DNA of 64,000 nt from Mobula birostris. Its lineage: Eukaryota. A program made the translations under genes and the position numbers. The stretch is taken from the NCBI RefSeq assembly GCF_030028105.1, contig NC_092375.1:39283130-39347129 (forward strand). Reading direction: 5' to 3'. Below the pieces are notes generated by a model that was not told where the DNA came from, ran no database searches, and was given only the letters and a program-made list of their open reading frames with translations. Shown here one piece after another: positions 49,895 through 61,790 of this stretch. Numbering within the stretch: position 1 is the stretch's first letter; each line of letters begins with the position of its first letter.

Positions 49895-52800
49895 GGCACC
49901 TCTGGTATAGGCTTCAGATAGTAGATGGGTAACTACCAGGAGGGGTGAGGTGAGTAATCAGTTAGTGTAGGGTTCCACTGTGACCTTTCCTCTCAACAAC
50001 AAGTATTCCCCATTGGATACTGCGAGGGAACATCAGCAAAAACCAGGACAGTGGAACTGTGGCTGGCTCTGAGGCTCAGCAGGGGAGGGTAAAGTCAGGC
50101 ACAGCAATGGTGATAGGAGACTCAATAGTTAGGGGGAGGACGGGAGATTCTGTGGCCCCGAAAGAGAAGCCAGGATGGTGTGTCACCTCGCTGGTGCTAG
50201 GGTCCTGGATGTCTAAGAATGGCTGCAGAAGCTTCTCAAGGGCGTGAGTGAGCAGCCAGCGGTCATGGTGCACATTGGCACCAATGACATGGATAGAAAG
50301 TAGGAAAAGGTCCTGCACAGTGAGTATAGGGAGTTAGGAAAAGGCTGAAGAACAAGATCCCCAAGGTAGTAATCTCTAGATTATTCCCAGTGTCATGTTC
50401 TTGTCAGGGCAGGAATAGGATGCTAGTACAGGTGGATGAGTAGCTGAACTGGTGCAGCAGGCAGGATTTCATATTTGTGGATCATTGGGACCTTTCAGGA
50501 GAAGCTATGACCTGTACAAAAAGGACAAGTTATACCTGAACCTGAGGAGGACCAATATCCTTGCGGACAGGTTTGCTAGAGCTGTTGGGGAGGGTTTAAA
50601 CTAAGGTGGAACAGGGATGGGAACCAGAGTGATAGAGCTGAGGATGGGTCAGTTGGTATACAAGTTGATGCAGAGTGTTGTGAGACTGTGAGGATGGACG
50701 GGCAGATGACAGGGCAAAATTGTAGTCGGGGGATGAGGTGACATAGGAGCAAATTCAAAAAGGGTGATGAATACAGGACTGAGCGTGTTGTATTTGAAAG
50801 TATGTAGTACAGGGTATAAGATGATCTTGTAGCATAGTTAGAGATTAACGTTGTGGGCATCACTGAGATATGGCTGAAAGTTGGGAGCTTAACATCCAAG
50901 GATACTCATTGTATCAAAAGGACAGGCAAGAAGGCAGAGGGAGTGGGGTTGCTCTGTTGGTAAAATATGAAATCAAATCATTAGAAAGAGGTGACATACT
51001 GCAGGACTGGAAGGTGTAGAATTCCTGTGGGTAAAGTTAAGAGACTGCAAGGGTAAAAAGCCCTGATGGGAGTTATATACAGGTCCTGACCAGTAGCCAG
51101 GATGTGGGATAAGAATTTCAACAGAAAATAGGAAAGACATGTAAAAAAGGCAATGTTAAAATCATCATCGGGTATTTCAAATTGCAGGTATATCGGAAAA
51201 ATCAGGTTGATGCTGGATGCCAAGCAATTTATAGAATTTATAGAATGCCAATCAGATGGATTTTCAGAGCAGCTTGTGTTTGAGCCCACTCGGAGAAAGA
51301 CAATTCTGGATTGGCCATGATGTAATGAACCAGAATAGATTAGAGAGCTTAAGATAAAGGAACCCTTAGAAGACAGTGACCTTATTTTACCCTGCAGTTT
51401 GAAAGGGAGAAGATAAAGTCAGATGATTCAGTATTACAATGTGCAAAGGGATTACAGAGGCATGAGAGAGCAGCTGCCCAAAATTGATTGGAAGGAGAGA
51501 CTAGCAGGGATAATGGTAGAAAAGCAATGGCTGGAGCTTCTTAGAGCAATTGGAAAGGACAGTGTGGATGAACTTACTAAGTACTTTGCATCTGTCTTCA
51601 CTGTGGAAGACACGAGTGGTATGCCAGAAATTCAGGAGTGCCAAGGGGCAGGAGTGAATGTAATTGCTAATACTAGGGAGAAGGTGCTTGGGAAGACTGA
51701 AATGTCTGAAGGTAGATAAGTCACCTGGACCAGGTAGATTACAGCCTTGTGTTCTGAATGAGGTAGCTGAAGAGATTGCAGAGGCATTAGTAGTGATGTT
51801 TCAAGAATCACTAGATTTTGGAATGGTTCCTGAGGACTGGAAAATTGCAAATGTCACTCCACTCTTTAAGAAGACAGGGAGACAGAAAGATGGTTGGGAA
51901 GATGTTGGAGTCAATTGTTAAGGATGAAGTTTCGGGTTACGTGAAGGCACATGATAAAGTAGGCCAAGGTCAGCATTGTTTCCTTAAGGGGAAATCTTGC
52001 CTAACAAATCCGTTGAAATTAATTGTGAAAATAGCAGGCAGGAGAGACAAAGGAGAGTCAGTAGATGTTGTTTACTTGCCTTTTCAGAAGGTCTTTGGCA
52101 AGGTGCCACACATGAGGCTGCTTAACAAGATAAGAGCCCATGGTATTACTGGAAAGATACTAGTATAGATAGAACATTGGCTGATTGGCGGGAGGCAAAG
52201 AGTGGGAGGCTTTTCTGGTTGGCTGCTGGTGATAAGTGGTGTTCCTTGTCAGTGACTATCGGGACCACTTCTTTTCATGATATATGTCAATGATTTGGAT
52301 GACGGAATTAATGGGTTTGCGGCCAGTTTGAAGATGGTACAAAGATAGTTGGAGGGGGCAGATATTGTTGAGAAAGCAGGAAGTCTGCAGAAGGGCATGG
52401 ACAGTTGGGAGAAGTTGCAAAGAAGTAGCAGATGGAATATAGTGCAGGGAAGTGTATGGTCATGCAATATGGTAGAAGGAATAAAGGCATAGACCATTTT
52501 CTAAATGGGGAGAAAATTCACAAATCAGCAGTCTAATGAGACTTGGGAGTCCTTGAGCAGGAATCCTTAAAGGCTAACTTGCAGGTTGAGTCGGTGGTAA
52601 GCCAGGCAAATGAAATGCTAGCATTCATTTCAAGAGGACTTGAATATAAGAGCAAGGATGTGATGCTGAGATTTTATAAGACATTTGTCAGACCACACTT
52701 GGAGTATTGTAAGCAGTTTTGAGCCCTCTATCTAAGAAAAGATGTGCTGGCATTGGAGAAAGTCCGGAGGAAATTTATGAGAATGATTCTGGTAATGAAA

Positions 52801-53235
52801 GGGTTAATGTATGAAGAGCTTTTGATGGCTCTGTACTTGCTGGATTTTAGAAGAATGAGGGGAGGATTGCATTGAAATTGATTGAATATTGAAAGCCCAG
52901 ATACAGTGGATGTGGAGAGGGTGTTTCCTATCATGAGTGTGTATACATAGGAGCAGAGGGCAAAGTCTCGGAATAGAGGTGCATCCATGTAGAGATGAGA
53001 AGAACTTTCTTTAGCCAGAGGGCAGTAAATATGTGGAATGCATTTCCACGGACAGCTGTGGCGGCCAGGTTACTGAATATATTTAAAGCAGAGGTTGATA
53101 GGCTCTCGGTAAGTCAGGCATCAAACATTACGTGGAGGAGGCAGGCGAACGGGGTTAGCTGAGATAATAGATCAGCCATGATGGAATGGTGGTGTAGACA
53201 TGAGGGGCCAACTGACCTAATTATGCTCCCATGTC
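49895..53235 (+). mobile_element. Long decayed CR1 LINE: ORF1 SGNH-esterase region, endonuclease, RT and 3' end
   Basis: VIGDSIVRG and HIGTNDM motifs; RT motifs in 51664..52168; 3' region to ...atgctcccatgtcttatggt. Confidence 0.9.
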
Positions 53236-53744
53236 TTATGGTTTTCTGTCTTAAATGGTTTTATATAACTTCTCTCATACAAATGACATCTCCAACTCTG
53301 CATCACAGCCAGGGTTTGACTGTAATATCTACCCGGATTTCAGAATTCCTGAGTGGTGTTTGAATGCATAATTTTTGGACTAGTAGATGAAAACGTTACC
53401 AAATAAGCCATAACTGATGCAATCTAACTAAAAACAAGTACTAGATTTACATCAGGGCACTTCTTAAAATTAGTTTTCTTTATCATTGGGAGACAAGTTT
53501 CTGAAGATCGCGGTGAAAACTGAAATACATTTCTTCTCACATGTTGTTCCATCATGAAGCCCCGGTTTTACTGAGTTTCATTTGTGCTGTGTGTACCTCG
53601 TGTGGGGGTGCACTCAAAAACATTAAATGGAAACAACGTAGATTGATGAGTCAACACAAAAAAACTGTAAACATATTACAGAAAAAAAGCAGTAGCTTTC
53701 TGGTTAGTAAATCTTAAGCAAAACCTACTGCATTGAAGGGTCTT

Positions 53745-54075
53745 CACTCTGTCTCTTCTGCTTTCAGTCTGTCATCTTCCCAGCTTCCCTCCTTCTTTTT
53801 CCCTCCCCTCTCCTATTTGATTCCTTCTTCTTCAGCCCTTTACCTTTTGCACCTATCAGCTTGCATCTTTGGACCCCCCCCCACCATTCACCTGGCTTCA
53901 CCTATCACCTTTTAGTTTGTATTCCTTCCCTCCTCCCTTCTTATTCTGGCTTCTTCCCCCTTCCCTTCCAGTCCTGATAAAGAGTCTCGGCCTGAAATGT
54001 CAGCCTCTTATTCCTGTCCATAGGTGCTGTCTGACCTGCCAAGTTCCTTCCACATCTTGTAAATGTTACTCCCAA
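53745..54075 (+). repeat. PLE 3' UTR fragment with decayed hammerhead (CUGAUAA)
   Basis: ttccagtcctgataaagagtctcggcctgaaatgtcagc...gctgtctgacctgccaagttcct. Confidence 0.75.
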
Positions 54076-54429
54076 TGCTTTGAATCTTGACAAAATCTTG
54101 AAATTATAGGATGCTTAAATCATTTAGATTATGAGGACACTCAGTTCCCGTTTATTGTCATTTAGAAATGCATGCATTAAAAATGATACAATTCTAGATT
54201 AATTGACATTTATGAAGCCCAGCATGTGAAAGCGAACCTGATTTTCCATTTTAAAGTACGAACATTGTCAGTGTGCACATACAGGTACCTTTTACCGTAG
54301 TTGCAGAATTAAAAAATGTTTGATATTGAGTTGGCAGAGTGGGAGATCGCAGACTGAGTTGGAGGCAGTTCCTTATGGACTTTACACACCAGTTTTGAAA
54401 AGTGACCAGGGCTTGTTGGGAGTGAGGTG

Positions 54430-55745
54430 AAGACTGTTTCTTGAGTAGTCAGTTGTCAGTTTGAAAAAATGAACAGAGCCTGCTGAGACGTCCACAGAGG
54501 AGGAGACTGCTTGAGTTAATAGTAACTTAGCAAGGGCCAATAAAAAGAAGCGAGGTTTAAGTGGAGCAGCCATTGCTGGAGTGGATCAGTGTTAGAGTGG
54601 TCAGGCTTTGGCTCAACAGGCTTGGGCAAGAACAGGCACAGGTTAAAACTTAAGCTTGAGAAGTTAGAGGTATAACAGGTGTAGGCAGGATGGTAGTTCA
54701 AGCAGTAGAATGATCCTCCTGTGAAATGTGGGACTTCAGGGTACCTAATGGTCTCCCTAATGACTACATCTGCAGGAAGTGCACTCAACTTCCTGGAGCT
54801 GGATGTACTCAGGACCATCTGGGATGCTGAAAACCTCATCGATGAGACATTTACTGAGGTGGTCACACCCAGCTTGCAGGCTTCAGAGAGTAGACTGGTG
54901 ACCAACAGGAGAAGTAAAGGGAGTAATCAGTCAGTGCAGGGTTGCTCTGTGGCAACAAGTATACACCTTTGGATATTGCTGGGGTGATGTCCTATCATGG
55001 CACGGCAGAGCAGGCAGAACAGTGGCACCTGAGACTCTGAGACTCAGCAGGGAAGGGTAAAGTCAGGTAGAGTGATAGTGATAGGTGACTTGATAGTTAG
55101 GGGGACTGACAGCAGATTCTGTGGTTGTCAGGATGATGTGTTGCCTCGCAGGTGCTAGGGTCCACGATGTCTTAGAGTGGCTGCAGAAGATTCTTAAGTG
55201 GGAGGGTGAGCAGCCAGAGGTCGTGGTGCACACAGGCACCAATGACATGGTACTAAGGGGGAAGAGGTCCTGCGCAGTGAGTTAGGGAAGAGGCTGAAGA
55301 GCAGGACCTCCAAAGTAGTAATCTCTGGATTACTCCCAGTGCCATGTGCTAATCAGGGCGGGAATAGGACTGCTGGAAAATGATGCAGGAGATGTAATAA
55401 TGAAGGACAAATAAATGGCAGACTAACTTAATAAGTATCTTGAATCAGTCTTCACTGTGGAAAACACTAGCAGTGTGCCTGAGAATGCCAGAGGTTCCTG
55501 AGGTCTGGTTGCTTGCCAGTGACTAGAGGTGTTCCGCAGGGGTCGGTATTGGGAGTGCTTCTTTTCACAATATATGCCAGCGATTTGAATGAAGGAATTG
55601 ACGGCATCTTGGCCACGTTTGCAGATGATACAAAAACAGGTGGAGGGAGAGGGTAGGTAGTGCTGAGGAAGCAGGGTGAGGGATGATAAATCAGCCATGT
55701 TGGAATGGCACAGCAGACTTGATGGGCTGAACTCGTTTGCAAGAA
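54430..55745 (+). mobile_element. CR1 derivative retaining 5' UTR and ORF1 (zinc-finger plus esterase) with ORF2 reduced to three short fragments
   Basis: xSSCEMW...YICRKC zinc-finger (~54716-54785; first Cys now TGA), VIGD/HTGTND esterase motifs, then FTVE-, GVPQGSVLG/FADDTK- and 3'-end pieces within ~370 bp. Confidence 0.8.
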
Positions 55746-56456
55746 GTTCTCTGCCTAATTTCCCTGAGGTGCTCCTCAACCTCCTGAATAACTGTCTAAC
55801 AGGCAAAGAAAACAGTAAGTGATCCCTCCCTTTACGATCTAGAGCTGGACATCTCCTTGAGGTTCAAGAGGTGCCTCTCAGACTTAGATGTAGGCGTTTC
55901 TAACTGAGTCAATATACAATAGTTGAAACTAATTCACGCTTTACCAACATAGACCTTTACCAACATCCTGGCAAACTACTACAAGAAAGACATGGGTTCT
56001 GTTTGCCTATAGAGCAGCTGTGCAGTTCTTTGCACGTGGAATATTTTAGAATGTCTCTCAGATATGAAAAGGCAGAACATGTTTGTTTGCTATTCTACCC
56101 TGAGCTACAGAGGCAGGTTTTGAAACGGGCTGCACAGCAAACACGTAACCGATGCTTTCTCTGCCCTGTTTTCTGGAACAATAGGCCTGATAGTAACTCC
56201 AACGTACATTTGGAGTGGGGGTGCAAAGAAGTTTCAGCATGTCAGTTTGTGGTATCTCAGCATCAAGTAATGCTGTTTGAAGTGGGTAGCCTTTGTCTCC
56301 CAGCAGTCACCTCTTGCATGTTGAAAGAGGCCAGGGAGACTGAGCTGCAACAGAGTGAAAACATCGTGACAGGTTTTAGTGAAACTGCTTTGCACTAATG
56401 TGAATCTTTACTTGTGGTTGCAAATTGAATGTTGAACGAATGGAATCCCTTACTGT

Positions 56457-56900
56457 TTATGAATGCCACTGATTGATCTGGGGATGTACAGATAGCCCAG
56501 TGTTTGCAACTGATGACACACTGCGACTATGAGAAGCCAGCTGGAGATGCAGACCCAAGGGCCACGTTCTGTTCATGCCATCACGGGTAATTGCCTGGTT
56601 CCTGGTGAACAATGGCCTGCATTCTGCAAATTGGTGCAATTAGCTGGAGACCTGGACATTCCTTTTTTAACGTGGTAGAATGATCCAGGGTTGGAGAAGT
56701 TGAAGTGAAACTCATTTTCACACCCCTGGTTACAAGGAGGACCAGGTCCAGCATGGTAGTCTTTGTCCAGAAAGTTTCAGGTACCTGGCGCCACCTGAGG
56801 AGAAATCCTCAGATCCAGGAGGTCAAGGAAGCCATATACTGTACCATGGCTCATGCCACCAATGAGTCAGCACCTCTACTGTTCCTTACTTTCCTAACCA
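56457..56900 (-). mobile_element. Possible ancient PIF/Harbinger transposase relic
   Basis: NCTNL (cf. DCTHV) and MNRTWPLGLHLQL (cf. MNRKGFHSLNVQL) in collinear order; heavily decayed. Confidence 0.3.
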
Positions 56901-57002
56901 GTTTAGTGATAGTCACCCTGTTGATCTTCTTTGTCTAACATAAGGCACTTAAGATGTCAAGCAACCTGATCGTCAGTCTTCATTTCTCCAAGGTTCGTGG
57001 AA

Positions 57003-57705
57003 TATAGAACAGTACAGTACTGCATGGGCTCTTCAGACCGCAATGCTTGTGCTCAAGTGTTAAACCCTTTAATCCCTTCCATGATCAGTCTAACCCTTCC
57101 CTTCCTACATGGCCCAACTTTCCAGTTTTCTTTCATCCATATGCCTTTTTAAGAGTCTTTTTATGAGTCTCCTAATGTATCAACCTCTACCACCACCCCA
57201 AGCACTTACCTTAACAAGATGTCCTCTAGTCACTTTACCACCCTGGGAAAAAGGTGCTGGCTGTCCACTCTATCTATACCAGTTATAATGTTACACAATT
57301 CTGTCAAATTGCCTCTCATCCTCTGTCACTCTGAAGAGAAAAACTTTAACTCGCTCACCCTTTCCTTTTATAACACGTTCTCTCATCCAGAGTTCTGAAG
57401 TTCAATGTTCAATAGAAACATTTACACCAAGAATTCTCTAATTATCAGGGTCATCATATCCTTACTGTTTGCATTTTCAGAGGGTTGCATCTTCAAATTC
57501 CAGTCCAAATACTTGGGCTCAAATATCCAGGCTGAAACAGCAGTGAGGCTGAGCGAATGCTGAAGTGTCAGGGATGCCACCCTTCAGCTAAATAAGGGTA
57601 GAGGGCAAGAAGCATTTTCCCATGACAGAAGATTCTAAGACCAGACAGCATAGGTACAAGGTGAGGTACAAGAGGTTTCAAGGGGATCTGAGGAAAAATG
57701 TTTTC
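57003..57705. mobile_element. Decayed CR1 3' fragments (minus 57003-57390; plus 57590-57705)
   Basis: aatatagaacagtacagtac...gggctcttc tail; gaccagacagcataggtacaaggtgag...aaggggatctgaggaaaaatgtttt. Confidence 0.7.
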
Positions 57706-58104
57706 GGCTATTATCTATGCTGTGTCTCTGTGAATCTAAACTGAGTCCTGTTCTCTCTCTTGAGGGCAAGAGTTCCCATGACGCAAACTTCAGACTCTTT
57801 ATTCCTCAATCAACATTGCAAAAACAGATAATTGGTCATCGTGTGGAAATTGTCAGACACTTTGCACATGACCACAGTGACTCACATCATGATGTTCATC
57901 ACTGTTATGAGACAATTTAGGGGGTTCCACAATTGTGAAAGTCTCCCTGTCTTGTTTCAATAGCAAGTTTCAGGAAACACAAAAGCTACACAAGCCACTT
58001 AGTTTTACGCCTTGGTGAAAATCTCAAAACTCTGTCTTATTTAAGTGATACAAACACATACTCCATAAGTTACAGTCCGAAGTGCATATAAAAAATAAAT
58101 TAAA

Positions 58105-59555
58105 TTGCAAACGGAGAGGGAAGAAGTACTGAGGGAGTGTTTGTGGGTTCATTTGATGGCGGAGGGGAAGAAGCTGTTCCTGAAACATTCCGTGTGTGTC
58201 TTCAGACTGGTATAGCTCATCTTTGAAAGTGATGGGAAGAGGTCACGCCCTGGGTGATTGGGTCTCTTATTGATGGATGCTGTCTTCCTGAGGCATGGCC
58301 TTTTGAAGGTGTCCCTGATGCTGGGGAGGGTAGAGCCCATGATGGAGCTGGTTGAGTTTACAACTCTCTGTAGCTTTTTCCAATCCTGCACAGAGGCCCC
58401 TCCATATCAAACAGAGCTGCAATCAGTTAGAACGCTCTCCATGGTACATCCATAAATACTTGTGTCTGCCTTCTCAAATTCCAAATGAAATATAGTCACC
58501 GTCGTGCCTTCTTTGTAATTGCACCCATATATTGGGCCCAGGATAGATCCTCAGAGATGTGGACACCCAGGAACTTGAAGCTACTTGCCCTTTCCACTTC
58601 TGATCCCTCGATGAGGACTGGTGTGTGTTCCCTCGACTTCCCCTTCCTGAAGTCCACAATCAATTCCTTGGTCTTATTGACATTGAGTGCAAGGTTGTTG
58701 CTGTGATACCACTCAACCATCTGATCTATCTCACGCCTGTATGCTTCCTCATCACCATCTGAAACTCTGCCAACAATAGTTGTGTCGTCAGCAAATTTAT
58801 AGATGGCATTTGAACTGTGCCTATCCACACAATTGTGGGTGTCAAGAGGGCAGAGCGGCAGGCTAAGCTCATATCCTTGACGTGCGCCAGTGTTGATTGT
58901 CTGTGAGGAGGAGATGTTGCTTCCAATCTGCACAGATGGGTTTCCCAGTGAGGAACTCAAAGATCCAGTTGTAGAGGAAGGTGCAGAGACCCAGGTATTC
59001 GAGCTTTTTGATTACAGCTGAGGGTATGATTGTGTTAAAGCTGAGCTCTAGTCAATAAACAGCATCCTATCCTGATGTAAGCATTACTATTGTCCAGGTG
59101 ATCTAAGGCCAAGTGGAGAGCCTGTGAGATTGCATCTGCTGTAGACCTATTGTGGTGACAGACAAATTGCAGTGAGTCCTGGACCTTGCTTAAGCAGGAG
59201 TTGATTCTAGCTATGACCAACTGCTCAAAGCACTTCATCGGAGTAGGTATGGGTGCAACGATAGCTGTTAAGGCAGCTGACCCTGCTCTTCTTGGGCACT
59301 GATATGATTGTCGCCTTTTTGAAGCAGGTGTGAACCTCCGACTGTAGCAGTAAGGGATTGAAGATGTCCTTGAACACTCCTGCCAGTTAGTTGGCACAGG
59401 TTATCAGAGCCCCACGAGATACATCAGAAAGGTATTCTGACATTGGCCTCTGAGACAGAGATCACAGGGTCAACAGGTGCTGCAGGGATTTGCAGAGGTG
59501 TAGATTTATTCTCCCTTTCAAAGTATGCATAAAAGGTGTTGTGCTCATTTGCTGC
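58105..59555 (-). mobile_element. Rex1/Babar-type LINE (RT and downstream region)
   Basis: ORFs 58496..58960 (LSLPLCPLDTHNC...YKFADDTTIVG), 59035..59397 and 58149..58391. Confidence 0.9.
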
Positions 59556-59557
59556 TA

Positions 59558-60330
59558 ACTCCAACCAGGCCAGCTTCAAGAGTCTATTATCAAAGTGCTT
59601 CCACATATCTTCTGTTCCACCAGAAGTCCAAACACCCTTAACCATTGCTGCATGACCATCCCGGATGCCACCGATCTCTCCCCCGCCCACACCTTGGTAA
59701 ATCAGACAACCAAGCTGTGCTCCTTACCCCGGTGTACAGACAAAAGCTGATACATGAACAATCCAGTACCGAATGTCATACAGTACTGGTCTGAGGACAC
59801 AGATGAGCTTTTGTGCGACTGCTTTGAGTCAGTAGATCTGTCCATGTTCAAAGACACAGCACTCAGCCTTGTTGAGTCCAGAACGAGGGGTCACAGTTTG
59901 AGGATGAAGGGGAAGCCTTTTAGGACTGAGATTAGGAAAAACTCCTTCACACAGAGAGTGGTGAATCTGTGGAATTCTCTGCCACAGGAAACAGCTGAGG
60001 CCAGTTCATTGGTTATATTTAAGAGGGAGTTAGATATGGCCCTTGTGGCTAAAGGGATCAGGGGGTATGGAGAGAAGGCAGGTACAGGGTTCTGAGTTGG
60101 ATGATCAGCCATGATCATACTGAATGGCGGTGCAGGCTCGAAGGGCCGAATGGCCTACTCCTGTATCTATTTTCTATGTTTCTATGTTTCTATGTTGCCA
60201 CCAGCAAGGATTTTATCAACAAGTGCTTGAGGACTGTGTACCAAAGAAGACAATCCAGCTATTTCCAAACTGGGAAACTCAGATGAAATGGGAGATCCAC
60301 TGCCTACTGACGTCTAGGATTGCAGCATTA
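59558..60330 (+). mobile_element. Rex1/Babar-type endonuclease/linker segment in inverted orientation, interrupted by a CR1 3' end
   Basis: NQASFK...GKSDNQAVLL...CDCFESVDLSMFKD, then after the CR1 KDFINKCL.DCVPKKTIQLFPN. Confidence 0.75.
59868..60192 (+). mobile_element. Young CR1 3' end, same subfamily as 3294-5120
   Basis: GAGTCCAGAACGAGGGGTCACAGTTTGAGG...CTATTTTCTATGTTTCTATGTTTCTATG. Confidence 0.92.
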
Positions 60331-60334
60331 GTTA

Positions 60335-60505
60335 GATGGAGTTAGAGTTAGATAGAGCTCTTAAAGATAGCGGAGTCAAGGGATATGGGGATAAGGCAGG
60401 AACTGGATACTGATTGTGGATGATCAGCCATGATCACAGTGAATGGCGGTGCTGGCTCGAAGGGCCGAATGGCCTACTCCTGCACCTATTGTCCATTGTC
60501 TATTC
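60335..60505 (+). mobile_element. CR1 3' end, same subfamily as 5128-7949
   Basis: GATAGAGCTCTTAAAGATAGCGGAGTCAAGGG...CCTACTCCTGCACCTATTGTCCATTGTCTATT. Confidence 0.92.
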
Positions 60506-60949
60506 AAATCAGATGACCCTACACAAGAAATCAAGATGTGACTCTGTAAAACTACCAGGTCTGCCAAGAGTCAGTGCCAGTTCAAAATTGAGTCCAAGCG
60601 TGGCTCTGCTTACAATAATGGGTTTCAAGCGAAGTCAGGCAGCATCCCTTCCTGGTGAGCCTAATGCTTTCTAGGCACATCTTGAACTAAAGGGGATTTG
60701 GAATGTCGCCACCCACCCCGAACATGCCTTAACGACTACTGCCTGGTAGCTTTGAGAGGCTAGCCGTGGCACACATTAACTCCAGCTCTCGTTCACTTAC
60801 TGCTGAAATAGGTCTATGGTAGACACCATCTCCTTGGCCCTGAACATCTGAACAGTGGACACCTGCTAACATTCAGTTTCTGTTTATGGATCACGCCTCC
60901 GCCTTCAATATAATAATTCTCAGTTAACTCAACTCCAAGCTTCTAGAAG

Positions 60950-61790
60950 TGGGACTCAACATCTCCCTTTGCAACTGCATCCTTGACTTGCTGACTGACT
61001 GATTAGAATCAGTAAACTTAGACAGCTACATATCCACCACAATTATTCTGAACACTGGTGCTCCACAAGCTGTCCTTAGTCGCTACTCTACTCCCTGAGG
61101 TCGAGAGGGTTCAGAGCTTCAGGTTTCTCAGAGCAAACATCACCGCAGGCCTGTTGTGGCCCAAGGAAAATCACCATCTATTTCCCCAGGAGACTAAAGA
61201 AATTAGTTATGTCCTTTTTGATCCTCAACATTTTGATTTTTATCAATGCAGCATAGAAAGCATCCTATCCAGATGAATCACAGCTTAGTATGGCAGCTGC
61301 CTTGCCTGTGACCACAAGAAACCGCAAGGACTTGTGAACACGGCTCAGTGCATCATGAAAACCAGCTCCCTTTCCTTGGCCTCTGCCTACACTTCTTACT
61401 GTCTTGGCAAAGCAACCAGCATAATCAAAGTCCACAATCACCCCAGATATCCTCTCTTCTCCCCCCTCAAGTTGAGCAGAAGATACAAAAGCCTGAAGGC
61501 ATGTACCACCAGACTCAAGGATATCTACCATGCTGTTACAAGACTATTGAACAAGTCCCTAGTGTGTTAAGATGGACTCCTAATGTCACAATCTATCCCA
61601 TTATGATATTGCACATTCCTGTCTGCCTTCACTGCACTTTCTCTATAATTGTAACACTTCATTCTGCATTCTGTAATCATTTTCCTGTACTACCTCAATG
61701 CACTGTGTAATGTATGAATGGCATGCAAGACAAGTTTTTTACACTGTAATTCAGTACATACGGCAATAATAAACCAACTTAACCGATATT
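60950..61790 (+). mobile_element. Decayed Rex1/Babar-type LINE 3' portion
   Basis: aacactggtgctccacaagctgtccttagtcgctactctactccct; gagagggttcagagcttcaggtttct; tail gcaataataaacc. Confidence 0.75.

Noticed and set aside
1252-54075. Recurrent ~40-100-bp motif (GATGCTGCCTGGCCTGCTGAG...) as a CRISPR-like array
   Set aside because: Copies are dispersed, in both orientations and without regular spacers; they are Penelope-like element termini.
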